NCBI GenBank assembly: GCA_947085095.1
Contig: CAMTVD010000002.1
Location: 1-64,000, forward strand
From: an uncultured Thermus sp.
GTDB lineage: Bacteria; Deinococcota; Deinococci; Deinococcales; Thermaceae
Direction: 5' to 3'
DNA length: 64,000 nucleotides
The notes under the pieces are model-generated. The model did not search any database. It was not told the origin of the DNA and saw only the letters and a list, made by a program, of their open reading frames with translations. Below are positions 49,134 through 58,186 of this stretch, piece after piece. Each line of letters begins with the position of its first letter. The stretch's first letter is position 1. The translations under genes were made by a program, and so were the position numbers.

Positions 49134-50152
49134 GCTGCTTCCTCCTTTTCCTTGAGGAGTTCTACCACATAGCGCACGTGTTCCACCGGGGTGCCGGGCA
49201 GGATCCCGTGGCCCAGGTTGAAGATGTGCCCGGGCCGGGAGGCGTTTTCCGCAAGGATCCTTTCCACCTCCCGCCGGATTACCTCCTTGGGGGCGAAGAG
49301 GATCACGGGGTCCAGGTTGCCCTGGATGGGGGTTTCCCCCAGCGCCTCCCGGGCCCAGGGGAGGGGGGTGTGGTGGTCCAGGCCCATCACGTCCCCTCCG
49401 GCCTCCTGCATCTCCTTAAGAAGGCCCATGGTCCCCACCCCGAAGTGGATCACGGGCACCCCAAGGGGCCTTAGCTCCTGGAAGAGCCTGGCCATGTGGG
49501 GCTTCACGTAGCGCCGGTAGTCCGCAGGGGATAAAGCCCCCACCCAGGAGTCGAAGACCTGGAGGAGATCGGCCCCCGCCTCCACCTGGGCCTTCAGGTA
49601 GCGGGCCATGGCCTGGGTGAGCTTGGTGAGAAGCCGGTGCCAGAGGGCTTCCTCCCGGTACATAAAGGCCTTGACCTCCTTGAACTGGCGGCTCGGCCCG
49701 CCCTCGATGAGGTAGCTGGCCAGGGTGAAAGGAGCCCCGGCGAAGCCGATGAGGGGCACCTCAAGCTCCCTTTTCAGGAGGCGGATGGTTTCCAGCACGA
49801 AGGGCACGGCCTCCTCCGGCTCCAGGGGCCTTAGGGCCTCCACCCCCTTGGAGTCCCGGATGGGCCGGTGGATGACGGGGCCTTTGCCCTCCACCAGGTC
49901 CAGCTCCACCCCCATCCCGTAGAGGGGGGTGGTGATGTCCGCAAAGAGGATGGCGGCGTCCACGCCAAGCTGCTTCACCGGAAGAAGGGTTACCTCGGCG
50001 CAGACCTCAGGGTTCTGCACGATCTCCGGTAGGGTGTAGCGCCGCCGGATCTCCTGGTACTCCTTCTGGTAGCGCCCCGCCTGGCGCATGAACCAGACGG
50101 GGGGCCTCGAGGTGGGCCTGCCCCGGGCCGCCTGGAGGATGAGGTCGTTCAC
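49130..50152 (-). CDS. hemE: Uroporphyrinogen decarboxylase
   Basis: PVWFMRQAGRY, GFAGAPFTLA and FNLGHG. Start is GTG 50152 or ATG 50161. Confidence 0.96.
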   Translation of the reverse strand: MNDLILQAARGRPTSRPPVWFMRQAGRYQKEYQEIRRRYTLPEIVQNPEVCAEVTLLPVKQLGVDAAILFADITTPLYGMGVELDLVEGKGPVIHRPIRDSKGVEALRPLEPEEAVPFVLETIRLLKRELEVPLIGFAGAPFTLASYLIEGGPSRQFKEVKAFMYREEALWHRLLTKLTQAMARYLKAQVEAGADLLQVFDSWVGALSPADYRRYVKPHMARLFQELRPLGVPVIHFGVGTMGLLKEMQEAGGDVMGLDHHTPLPWAREALGETPIQGNLDPVILFAPKEVIRREVERILAENASRPGHIFNLGHGILPGTPVEHVRYVVELLKEKEEAA

Positions 50153-50174
50153 GCCCTCCATGCTAGCATGGGGC

Positions 50175-51098
50175 ATGCGCTTCCTTTTTTTCCTCCTAAC
50201 CTTAAGCCTAAGCTTATCCCCCTTTGCCCGAGCCCAGGAAGACCCCGTGGTGGCCCAGGTGGGGCCCGAACACATCACCAAAAGCCAGTTTGAGCTCCGC
50301 TTTGGCCTCTTCGCCAAAAGCGCACTCCGGCAGCTTGGCCTCCCCGACTCGGAGGAAACCCGCGCCCTCCTGGCTCAGTACCGGGCCCCTTACCTGGAGG
50401 CCCTGGCGGAGGAGCGGGCGCTTCTCTTGCTGGCCAGGCGCCAGGGTTTTTGGCCCATGCCCGACAGCGTGGAGGCCCGGGTGGCGGAGCTCGTGAAGGC
50501 CTTTCCCGAGGAGGAGGCCCTGCGGAAGGCCCTGGAAGGGGCAGGGGTGCCCGACCTGGCCACCTACCGCACCCTCCTGGCCGAGGCCATGGCCCTCGAG
50601 GCTCTGGAAGCCCATTACCGCATGGAGCTTAAGGTTTCCCCAGCGGCCCTGAAGGCCCTTTGGCTCCTTTCCCCGGAGTACCGCCACCCCGCCCTCTACT
50701 GCGCCCGGCACATCCTGGTGCCCACCCTGGAGGAGGCCAGAGAGGCCCTGGCCCGCCTGGAAAAAGGGGAGGCCTTCCCAGAGGTAGCCCAGGCCCTTTC
50801 CCACGACCCCGGCTCCAAGGAGGCGGGTGGGGACCTGGGGTGCGAGCCGGAGGGCACCTACATCCCCGCTTTTGAGAAGGCCCTCCTCCTCCTGAAGCCC
50901 GGCCAGGTGTCCGCCCCGGTGCAGACCGAGTACGGCTTCCACCTCATCCTCCTGGAGCGGGTGGTGCCCCCGGGCCGCTACCCTCTCGAGGCGGCCCTCC
51001 CGGAGCTGGAGGAGGCCCTCAAGGCCCGGGCCTGGGAGAAACTGGCCCAGGCCCTCGTCCGCCCCATCCCCATCCGGCTCTTTCCCGAGCGGCTATAG
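50175..51098 (+). CDS. SurA/PrsA-like parvulin peptidyl-prolyl isomerase
   Basis: Signal peptide, ARHILV, DPGSKEAGGDLG and TEYGFHLI. Confidence 0.9.
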   Translation: MRFLFFLLTLSLSLSPFARAQEDPVVAQVGPEHITKSQFELRFGLFAKSALRQLGLPDSEETRALLAQYRAPYLEALAEERALLLLARRQGFWPMPDSVEARVAELVKAFPEEEALRKALEGAGVPDLATYRTLLAEAMALEALEAHYRMELKVSPAALKALWLLSPEYRHPALYCARHILVPTLEEAREALARLEKGEAFPEVAQALSHDPGSKEAGGDLGCEPEGTYIPAFEKALLLLKPGQVSAPVQTEYGFHLILLERVVPPGRYPLEAALPELEEALKARAWEKLAQALVRPIPIRLFPERL

Positions 51099-51941
51099 GG
51101 TGAGGAGGAGGGCCTCGTCCCCCAGGGGGCTTTGCGCCAGGCATAGGGCCTCCCCGGGGGCGTAGATCCCGCTTCTCCCCTCAAAGGAGAGGGAGAGGAT
51201 CCTGCCGTTCAGCATGGGGTTCAAAAGGAGCCGCAGGTTCTCCCGGCCCAGAAGCCTCTCCCGGGCCGAGGCCAGCCAGACCTCCCCCTCTTTCCGCTTG
51301 GGGTCCCGGGGCCAGGGCCTCTCCCAGGAAGCGGGGTTGGCGGAGGGTTGCAGGAGGACCTCCGCCCCCAGGGCGTCCAGGCGGGACAGGTGCTTTTCGT
51401 AAAACCCGTCCAGGCAGATCAGGATGCCCACCCGCCCCGCCCGGGTTTCCACCAGGTGGGGGCCGAAGTGGCCCCTTAGGAGCCAGCGCTCAGGGGGCAT
51501 GAGCTCCATCTTGGGCACCTGGGCCAGGAGGCGGCCCTCTGGGTTATAGAAGAGGGCCAGGTTCTGGAAGAAGGGGGTGCGGGCGAAGCGCCCCCGGGAA
51601 AGCTCCTCCTCGTAAGGGGGAGAGAGGAGGGTCCCCGAAAGGAGATGGGTTCCGAAGGTCCTCGCGGCCTCGGCCATGACCCGGTGGAAGACCCCGTAGG
51701 CCTTCCTCGCCCGCCGCCAGGGGAGAAAGGGGTATTTGAGCAGGTCTTTCCAGCGGAACCCCTCCTCCAGGTGGAGGAGCAGGGGGAGGCCGAAGAGTTC
51801 GGGGAAGGCGGTGAGCCTGGGAGCTGGGGTTCCCTCCAGGGGTTTGAGGAGGGCGAAGACCCTCTCCCGGAAGGCTTCCTCCGTGCGGTAGGCCTCGGGC
51901 CTGACCTCTGCCTGGACCACCAGCAGGGTGCGGAAGGGCAC
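51093..51941 (-). CDS. Carbon-nitrogen hydrolase (nitrilase superfamily)
   Basis: E-K-C triad in FPE, VPKME and ICLD. Confidence 0.82.
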   Translation of the reverse strand: MPFRTLLVVQAEVRPEAYRTEEAFRERVFALLKPLEGTPAPRLTAFPELFGLPLLLHLEEGFRWKDLLKYPFLPWRRARKAYGVFHRVMAEAARTFGTHLLSGTLLSPPYEEELSRGRFARTPFFQNLALFYNPEGRLLAQVPKMELMPPERWLLRGHFGPHLVETRAGRVGILICLDGFYEKHLSRLDALGAEVLLQPSANPASWERPWPRDPKRKEGEVWLASARERLLGRENLRLLLNPMLNGRILSLSFEGRSGIYAPGEALCLAQSPLGDEALLLTL

Positions 51942-51950
51942 CCCCTAAGT

Positions 51951-52700
51951 CTAAAGGCTTTGCACCACCATGTAGGCCCCCATGACCACCAGAAAGAGGG
52001 CGAAGCCCCGCTTCAGGGATGCCTGGGGCAGCCTCACCGCCAGCCTTCCCCCAAGGAGGCTCCCCAGGGTGCCCACCAGGAGGAAAAGCCCGGCGATGGT
52101 GAAGTTCACGGAAAGCCCCTGGGCGGGGAGGAGGTGGAGGTACTTGTAAAAGCCGGCGAAGGACTTGATGGCGATGATGAAGAGGCTGGTGCCCACCGCC
52201 AGGTGCATGGGAAGCCTTCCCAGGAGGACCAAAGCCGGCACGATGAGAAACCCGCCTCCCACCCCCACGAAGCCGGTGAGGGCCCCCACCCCCGTACCCT
52301 CCAGGACGATCTTCCAAGGCTGGCGCTTTGGGGCCCCCTGGGGGCGCAAGGGGGTGGGCCGGGCCATGAAGTAGGCGGCGAGGAGCATGACCAGGGCGAA
52401 GGTGAGGAGCTGGACCTGCCCGGAGACAAACTGGGAGGACCAGGCCCCCAGGTAGGTGCCCGCCATACCAGGAAGGCCGAAGAGGAGGACGTTGCGCCAG
52501 TCCACCAGGCCCTGTTTAGCGTAGGGGATGGCCCCCAGGAGGGCGATCCCCCCCACGATGAGGAGGCTTTCGGCGATGGCCTGCTTGGGGGGCTCCCCCA
52601 GGAGGTAGACCAGGACGGGGACGGTGAGGATGGACCCTCCAGAGCCCAAGAGGCCCAGGGCAAGGCCGATGAAGAGGGCACCCAGGAGGGCCAGGCTCAT
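51951..52700 (-). CDS. TSUP/TauE-SafE sulfite exporter family
   Basis: GLLGSGGSILTVP and GFVGVGGGFLIVP repeats. Confidence 0.92.
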   Translation of the reverse strand: MSLALLGALFIGLALGLLGSGGSILTVPVLVYLLGEPPKQAIAESLLIVGGIALLGAIPYAKQGLVDWRNVLLFGLPGMAGTYLGAWSSQFVSGQVQLLTFALVMLLAAYFMARPTPLRPQGAPKRQPWKIVLEGTGVGALTGFVGVGGGFLIVPALVLLGRLPMHLAVGTSLFIIAIKSFAGFYKYLHLLPAQGLSVNFTIAGLFLLVGTLGSLLGGRLAVRLPQASLKRGFALFLVVMGAYMVVQSL

Positions 52701-53350
52701 CGTTCAATGGGAAAACCCGCGCTGGTCCAGGCGTAGGTGCCCCCCTCGAGGTTGTAAACCCTCTCCCCGGGGAAGCCCTGGGCCACCAGGAAGTCGGCGG
52801 CCACCCCGCTACGGTTCCCCGAGTTGCACACCAGGAGGATGGGCCGGTCCTGGGGAAGCTCGGCAAGCCTTGTGGGCAGGGTGGAAAGGGGGATGTTCAC
52901 CGCCTTAGGCACGTGCCCCTCCCCGTACTCCCAGGGCTCGCGCACGTCCACCACGAAGGCCTCCTGCAGGAGGGCCTTAGCCTCGTGGGGGCCCACCTCC
53001 TGGAAGGGGGTGGCCTGGTAGCCCACCTCCACCGGGGTGGTGTCCACGGGCAGGCCCGCCCGGTACCAGCGGACGATGCCCCCCTCGAGGTTCAGCACCC
53101 CCCTGTACCCCTGGGAAGAAAGCCAGGCCGCCGCCTGCCAGGAGCGGTTCCCCGTGCGGCAGTAGAGGACCACGGGCCGGTCCTTGGGGATCTCCTCATG
53201 GCGGGCCATGAACTCGGAGAGGGGGAGGAGGGAGGCCCCGGGGATCCGGGCCTGGGCGTACTCCTCCACCTCCCGCACGTCTATGAAGGGGACGCCTGCC
53301 TGGTAGAGTTCCTTGGCCTCTTCTGGGGTAAGGTCCTTGACCTGGTACAT
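52697..53350 (-). CDS. Tandem two-domain rhodanese (sulfurtransferase)
   Basis: Two DVRE motifs; active loops CRTGNRS and CNSGNRS. Confidence 0.92.
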   Translation of the reverse strand: MYQVKDLTPEEAKELYQAGVPFIDVREVEEYAQARIPGASLLPLSEFMARHEEIPKDRPVVLYCRTGNRSWQAAAWLSSQGYRGVLNLEGGIVRWYRAGLPVDTTPVEVGYQATPFQEVGPHEAKALLQEAFVVDVREPWEYGEGHVPKAVNIPLSTLPTRLAELPQDRPILLVCNSGNRSGVAADFLVAQGFPGERVYNLEGGTYAWTSAGFPIER

Positions 53351-53351
53351 C

Positions 53352-54788
53352 CTAGGCCTCCACCAGCTCCTCGCCCTTTACCACGGGGAAGCCCGCCTCC
53401 TGCCAGGCCCGGATCCCCCCGGTGAGGTTTAGGGCGTTCTTGAAGCCTTTGGCCAGGAGGGCGGAGATGGCGGTGCTGGAGCGGTCCCCCCCCACGCAGT
53501 GGACGAGGAGGGGCCGGTCCTGGGGAAGCCGCTCCAGGTGGGCCAGGACCCGGCCCGCATGGAGGTTCAGGGCCCCGGGGATGTGGCCTGCGCGGTACTC
53601 GTCCCGGGCCCGCACGTCCAGGATGAGGGCCTTCCCCGACTCCCAGAGCTCCTTGGCCTCCTTTGCGGTGATCTGGGGCACGATCTCCAGCTCGCCCTCG
53701 GCGTAGCCCTGAAGCCCGGGGATGTAGCCCACCACCTCGTCCAGACCGATGCGGATCAGGGCCCGGGTCAGGGCCTCCACCTCGGAGGGGTGGGCCAGGA
53801 GGATGAGGGGGCGGTCGTAGGGGAGGAGCCACCCGGCCCAGGTGGAGAAGTTCTTCCCCGCGGGGATGTTGATGCTCCCCGGGATATGCCCCCCGGCGAA
53901 GGCGAACTTGTCCCGGGTGTCCACCAGGAGGGCCCCTTGGGAGAGGTGGCGGTCAAACTGGGCCTTGGTGAGGCGGCCCGGGTGGGGGACCCCCCCCAGG
54001 ATGGGCATCCCGTCCCGGTTCAGCCGCTTCATCTCCTTGAAGTAGGTGGGGGCCTCGGGCTGGCCCTCCAGGAGGGCCTTTACGAACCCCTCTTCGTCCC
54101 CCCTCTCCAGGTAGTCCGCCCACCAGGCGTGGCGGCGCTCGTAGCCCACGGTGGTGGCGGGGAGGGCCCCCAGGGCCTTGCCGCAGGCCGAGCCCGCCCC
54201 GTGCCCCGGCCAGACCTGCACGTGGTCGGGGAGGGTGAGGAACTTTTCCTTGAGGCTGTGGAACATGCGCCGGGCTCCGGGGATGGCGGTGCCCTTGATC
54301 CCGGCGGCCTCCTCCAGGAGGTCAGGCCGCCCCACGTCCCCCACGAAGACGAAGTCCCCGGTGAGGAAGAGGAGGGGCTCCTCCGTCACCGCCCCGTCCG
54401 CCACCAGGAAGGAGAGGTGCTCGGGGGTGTGGCCCGGGGTGTGGACCGCCTGCACCCGGATGTTCCCCACCTTGAACACGTCCCCGTCCTTGAGGAGGAC
54501 GTAAGGGTACTCTTCCAGGCCCCGGTACTTCCAGTTCTCGTCCCCCTCGTCGGAGAGGTAGAGGGTGGCCCTGGTGGCCTTGGCCAGCTCCCGGGCCCCG
54601 GAGAGGTAGTCGGCGTGGATGTGGGTTTCGGCGATGGCGGTGATGCGGAGGCCCAGGCTCTCCGCGAGCTCCAGGTAGGTGTCCACGTCCCGCTTGGGGT
54701 CCACCACCAGGGCTTCCCCGGTGGCCGCGCAACCCACCAGGTAGCTCATCTGGGCGAGACCTTCTTCGTAGATCTGGCGGAAGATCAT
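53352..54788 (-). CDS. Persulfide dioxygenase-rhodanese fusion (CstB-like MBL)
   Basis: THIHAD, TPGHTPE, GDVGRPD, GHGAGSACG and C-terminal CVGGDRS. Confidence 0.9.
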   Translation of the reverse strand: MIFRQIYEEGLAQMSYLVGCAATGEALVVDPKRDVDTYLELAESLGLRITAIAETHIHADYLSGARELAKATRATLYLSDEGDENWKYRGLEEYPYVLLKDGDVFKVGNIRVQAVHTPGHTPEHLSFLVADGAVTEEPLLFLTGDFVFVGDVGRPDLLEEAAGIKGTAIPGARRMFHSLKEKFLTLPDHVQVWPGHGAGSACGKALGALPATTVGYERRHAWWADYLERGDEEGFVKALLEGQPEAPTYFKEMKRLNRDGMPILGGVPHPGRLTKAQFDRHLSQGALLVDTRDKFAFAGGHIPGSINIPAGKNFSTWAGWLLPYDRPLILLAHPSEVEALTRALIRIGLDEVVGYIPGLQGYAEGELEIVPQITAKEAKELWESGKALILDVRARDEYRAGHIPGALNLHAGRVLAHLERLPQDRPLLVHCVGGDRSSTAISALLAKGFKNALNLTGGIRAWQEAGFPVVKGEELVEA

Positions 54789-54833
54789 GGCTTTACCTCC
54801 AGTATGGGACGTTTGTCCCCACCGCCCAAAATA

Positions 54834-54848
54834 TACCCCACCGGGGTA
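54834..54848. promoter_or_regulatory. CsoR/RcnR/CstR-type operator 1
   Basis: TACCCC-ACC-GGGGTA lying between a minus-strand TTGACA and TATATT. Confidence 0.7.
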
Positions 54849-54929
54849 CACGGTGTCAACGGGTCTAAGACAACGTTCTCCATTTCACTATACGTCTCCA
54901 ACCCCGGTCTGCTATAGTGGCTAAGGAGG

Positions 54930-54945
54930 TACCCCTACGGGGGTA
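54930..54945. promoter_or_regulatory. CsoR/RcnR/CstR-type operator 2
   Basis: TACCCC-TACG-GGGGTA just downstream of the plus-strand TG-n-TATAGT. Confidence 0.7.
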
Positions 54946-54958
54946 TCCAGGAGGAGCC

Positions 54959-55648
54959 ATGGCGCTACTGGGACCTAAGGAACAGGAGATCGTGCGCGAG
55001 CGGCTTGCGGGCCTTACCCGGGACGTGGAGATGGTCCTTTTCACCGACACCTCCACCCTGATCGCTCCGGGCAAGGAGCCCTGCATGTACTGCAAGGAGA
55101 CCAAGCAGCTTCTGGAGGAACTGAAGGCCCTTTCCGACAAGCTCCATCTGGTGGTCTACGACCTGGCCACCCCTGAAGGGAAGGAGATGGCCAAGGCCTA
55201 CAAGGTGGAGGCGGCCCCTACCCTCATCCTGCGGGAGAAGGGATCGGAGGCCATCAACCTTCGCTACCGGGGTATCCCGGCGGGCTACGAGTTCGCAAGC
55301 CTCCTCGAGGACCTGGAGATGCTGGGCCGCGACGGCCACGGCCTTCCGGAGAACGTGGTGGAGGAGCTAAACAACCTCCCCGAGGAGGTGGTCCTCCAGG
55401 TCTTCGTCACCCCCACCTGCCCCTACTGCCCCCAGGCGGTGCGCACCGCCCACCGCATGGCCTACGCCTCCCCCAAGGTGTGGGGCGAGATGGTTGAGGC
55501 CAACGAGTTCCCCGAGCTCTCTAACCGCTACCACATCCACGGGGTGCCGGACACCATCATCAACCACGGCAAGGAGCGGGTCCTGGGGGCTCAGCCCCTC
55601 TCCCAGTTCCTCCAGGCTGTGAGGAAGGCCGTGGGGGTGAAGGCCTAG
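54959..55648 (+). CDS. Protein disulfide oxidoreductase (PDO/GlrX-arch, two Trx folds)
   Basis: CMYC and CPYC motifs; GIPAGYEF. Confidence 0.9.
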   Translation: MALLGPKEQEIVRERLAGLTRDVEMVLFTDTSTLIAPGKEPCMYCKETKQLLEELKALSDKLHLVVYDLATPEGKEMAKAYKVEAAPTLILREKGSEAINLRYRGIPAGYEFASLLEDLEMLGRDGHGLPENVVEELNNLPEEVVLQVFVTPTCPYCPQAVRTAHRMAYASPKVWGEMVEANEFPELSNRYHIHGVPDTIINHGKERVLGAQPLSQFLQAVRKAVGVKA

Positions 55649-55649
55649 C

Positions 55650-56027
55650 ATGACCCGCCGTGCCCTTTTCGCCCTTTTCCTCCTGCCCTTGGTCCTCGCC
55701 GCCTGCGGGCCCAAGGGGAGCTACCAGAACGTGGGCCCGGAGGAGCTTTACCGGGCCTTGGAGTCTGGTGCCCTGATCGTGGACGTGCGCACCCCCGAGG
55801 AGTACCAGGCGGGCCGTGTGCCGGGGGCGGTGAACCTCCCCGTGGAGGAGGTGGCCCGCTGGGCGGACACCCTTCCCAAGGACAAGCCCGTCTACCTCTA
55901 CTGCCGGAGCGGCAACCGCAGCCGCCAGGCGGCGGAGTACCTGAAGAAGAAGGGGTACAGCAACCTCTACCACGTGGAGGGCGGGGTGCTGGCCATTGAG
56001 CGGGCGGGGTACCCCTTGGTCCGCTGA
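55650..56027 (+). CDS. Rhodanese-domain lipoprotein
   Basis: Lipobox LAAC, DVRTPEEY and CRSGNRS. Confidence 0.9.
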   Translation: MTRRALFALFLLPLVLAACGPKGSYQNVGPEELYRALESGALIVDVRTPEEYQAGRVPGAVNLPVEEVARWADTLPKDKPVYLYCRSGNRSRQAAEYLKKKGYSNLYHVEGGVLAIERAGYPLVR

Positions 56028-56818
56028 TGGACGCGGTGCAAATAGGTCCCTTCGCCCTGCCCTGGGTCAGGGTCCAGGTGGCCCTGGCCCTTCTGGCCCT
56101 GGTGGTGGTGGCGGAGGTCCTGGCCCGGCGGGTGGACAGAAGGCTCTCCCCCTGGGCCTACAACGCCATCCTGGTGGGGCTTTTGGGGGCCCGTCTCGGC
56201 TTCGTGCTGGAGAACGCTTCGGTCTACGCCAAGGACCCCTGGAGCGTGCTCTACGTGTGGCAGGGAGGGTTTGACCCTTTTTGGGGTATCCTGGCGGGAG
56301 GAGGGTACACGCTCATGACCTTGCCCAAACACCTTTGGCGCTACGCCTTTACGGCCGGGGTGGCGGCCCTGTTGGTGGCGGGGCTCTTCCTCACCCGGGG
56401 GCGGGAAGAGGATGGGCAACGGCTTCCTGATCTCAGCCTGGCCACCCTAGGGGGCACGGAGGTTTCCCTGGAGAGGTTTGAGGGCAAGCCCGTGGTCCTC
56501 AACGCCTGGGCCACCTGGTGCCCGCCTTGCCGGCGGGAACTCCCCATGATGGTGCGCCTGAGCCGGGAAAACCCCGGGGTCTACTTTGTCTTCGTGAGCC
56601 AGGGGGAGGGGTCGGAGGTGGTGCGGCGCTTTCTGGAGGAGCAGGGCCTCGAGGCCGACTGGGTCCTCCTGGACCCCGATACCCGCCTTTCCCAGGCCCT
56701 GGGCATCCAGGGGCTTCCCACCACCTTCTTCTTTGACCGCGAGGGGCGGCTGGTGAGCCGCCACCTGGGCGAGCTTTCCGAGGCCCTCCTCCTGGGGTAC
56801 CTGAGGGTTTTGCGCTAG
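56027..56818 (+). CDS. TlpA-family disulfide reductase with Lgt-like membrane N-terminus
   Basis: GLLGARLGFV..VWQGG (Lgt-like) followed by WATWCPPC. Confidence 0.85.
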   Translation: MDAVQIGPFALPWVRVQVALALLALVVVAEVLARRVDRRLSPWAYNAILVGLLGARLGFVLENASVYAKDPWSVLYVWQGGFDPFWGILAGGGYTLMTLPKHLWRYAFTAGVAALLVAGLFLTRGREEDGQRLPDLSLATLGGTEVSLERFEGKPVVLNAWATWCPPCRRELPMMVRLSRENPGVYFVFVSQGEGSEVVRRFLEEQGLEADWVLLDPDTRLSQALGIQGLPTTFFFDREGRLVSRHLGELSEALLLGYLRVLR

Positions 56819-58185
56819 CCGGCGGAGAGTAGGGTTTCCTTGCCGCCCACCACCGTCTTCAGGTGCACGGGGCGGCCCCAGAGGCGGTGGAGGTTTTCCA
56901 ACACCGCCTTGGTCCTTTTGAGGTCCAGCTCCGCACCTTCGTAGAGGTGCTCTAGGTAAAGCTCGCCCCGATTGCCGTAGTTGGCGTCCAAAAGCTCCAC
57001 GATGGGATACCCCATGTTGGTCAGACGGAAGAGGAGGCCCCGCTTGGCCTCGAGGAAGCGGGGCAGGTCCTCTAAGGCCATAAGGTTCTGGCGCAGGGCG
57101 AACTCGGGGGTGAGGAACTCCTCCAGGAAGGAGATGTCCGTGTGCACGGTGCGCACCTGGAAGAGCTTCTTCCTCCCTTCTCCCGTGGGCCTTTGGTAGC
57201 GGAGCCTCTCCCCCAGGGGAAGGGCCTCGTACTCCGGGCCAAAGCGCCCCTGGTCCCATCGCTCCTCCACCTCCTTGAGGAGGAGGTACCCCAGGCGGTA
57301 GGGGTTGAAGCCGTGGGGGGCGAGGAGGCCCGCCTGGAGCTCGGCGAACTCCAGGGCTTCCTTGGGGGAGAGGAGGGGGAGGAGGAGCCGGGTGTGCCAG
57401 TAGGTGGCCCAGCCCTCGTTGAGGATCTTGGTGGCCGCCTGGGGGGCGTAGTAGAGGCTCTCCTCCCGGAGGATCTCCAGGATGCCCTTCTGCCAAGGGG
57501 CCAGGGGGGCGTGCCGGACCAGAAAGCCCAGGATGTCCCGGGTGGGCCTTGGGGGGAGGGGCCTTGGGCTCGCCCCCTCCTCGGCCTCCTTGGGGGGCTC
57601 GGGGGGCGGGTTGACGTAGGGGTCCAGGTAGGGGCGCACCCTGAGCCTAGGGGCCTGGGGCCGCTCCTCCTCTTCCCTGGGCCTTTGGATGTAGGGGGCG
57701 TGGGGATCAATGAGGTTTTCCAGGGAGAGGGCCATGTCCAGAAACTCCTCCACGCTCCTCGCCCCATGCCTCTCCATGGCCCTTTCCACGAAGGCGGCGT
57801 GGTGGGCCATCTCGTCCAGCATGTCCTTGGGGGTGGGCTGGAAGGCCAGGTTGTTGGCGAAGAAGTCGGCGTGGGCGTAGACGTGGGCCATGACCAGCTT
57901 CTGCGCCAGAAGGGTGTTCCCCTTGAGCAGGTAAGCGTGCACGGGGACGGTGTTCACCACCAGCTCGTAGATGCGTCCCAGGCCATAGCGGTAGACCTCC
58001 CGGTGGCGCAGGTACTCGCTGCCAAAGCGCCAGTGGGGGTAGCGGCGGGGAAAGCCCCCGTAGGCGGCCAGCATGGCCATCTCCTCGGGCCCCACCTCCT
58101 CAAAGAGAACGGGCGGGAAGGAGAGCCCCTCCGCCAAGGCCCTTTCCCGGAGGCGTTCGGCCCAGTACCTGAGTTCCTTCCTCAC
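56815..58185 (-). CDS. spoVR: SpoVR/YcgB family protein
   Basis: GFPRRYPHWRFG, YELVVN, AHVYAHADFF and TKILNEGWATYWH. Confidence 0.93.
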   Translation of the reverse strand: MRKELRYWAERLRERALAEGLSFPPVLFEEVGPEEMAMLAAYGGFPRRYPHWRFGSEYLRHREVYRYGLGRIYELVVNTVPVHAYLLKGNTLLAQKLVMAHVYAHADFFANNLAFQPTPKDMLDEMAHHAAFVERAMERHGARSVEEFLDMALSLENLIDPHAPYIQRPREEEERPQAPRLRVRPYLDPYVNPPPEPPKEAEEGASPRPLPPRPTRDILGFLVRHAPLAPWQKGILEILREESLYYAPQAATKILNEGWATYWHTRLLLPLLSPKEALEFAELQAGLLAPHGFNPYRLGYLLLKEVEERWDQGRFGPEYEALPLGERLRYQRPTGEGRKKLFQVRTVHTDISFLEEFLTPEFALRQNLMALEDLPRFLEAKRGLLFRLTNMGYPIVELLDANYGNRGELYLEHLYEGAELDLKRTKAVLENLHRLWGRPVHLKTVVGGKETLLSAG

Positions 58186-58186
58186 C

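Noticed and set aside
44562..50152. Functional link between hemEHY and the adjacent diguanylate cyclase (heme sensing)
   Set aside because: Only adjacency supports it; the cyclase has its own TAAAAT box and no recognisable heme-binding motif.
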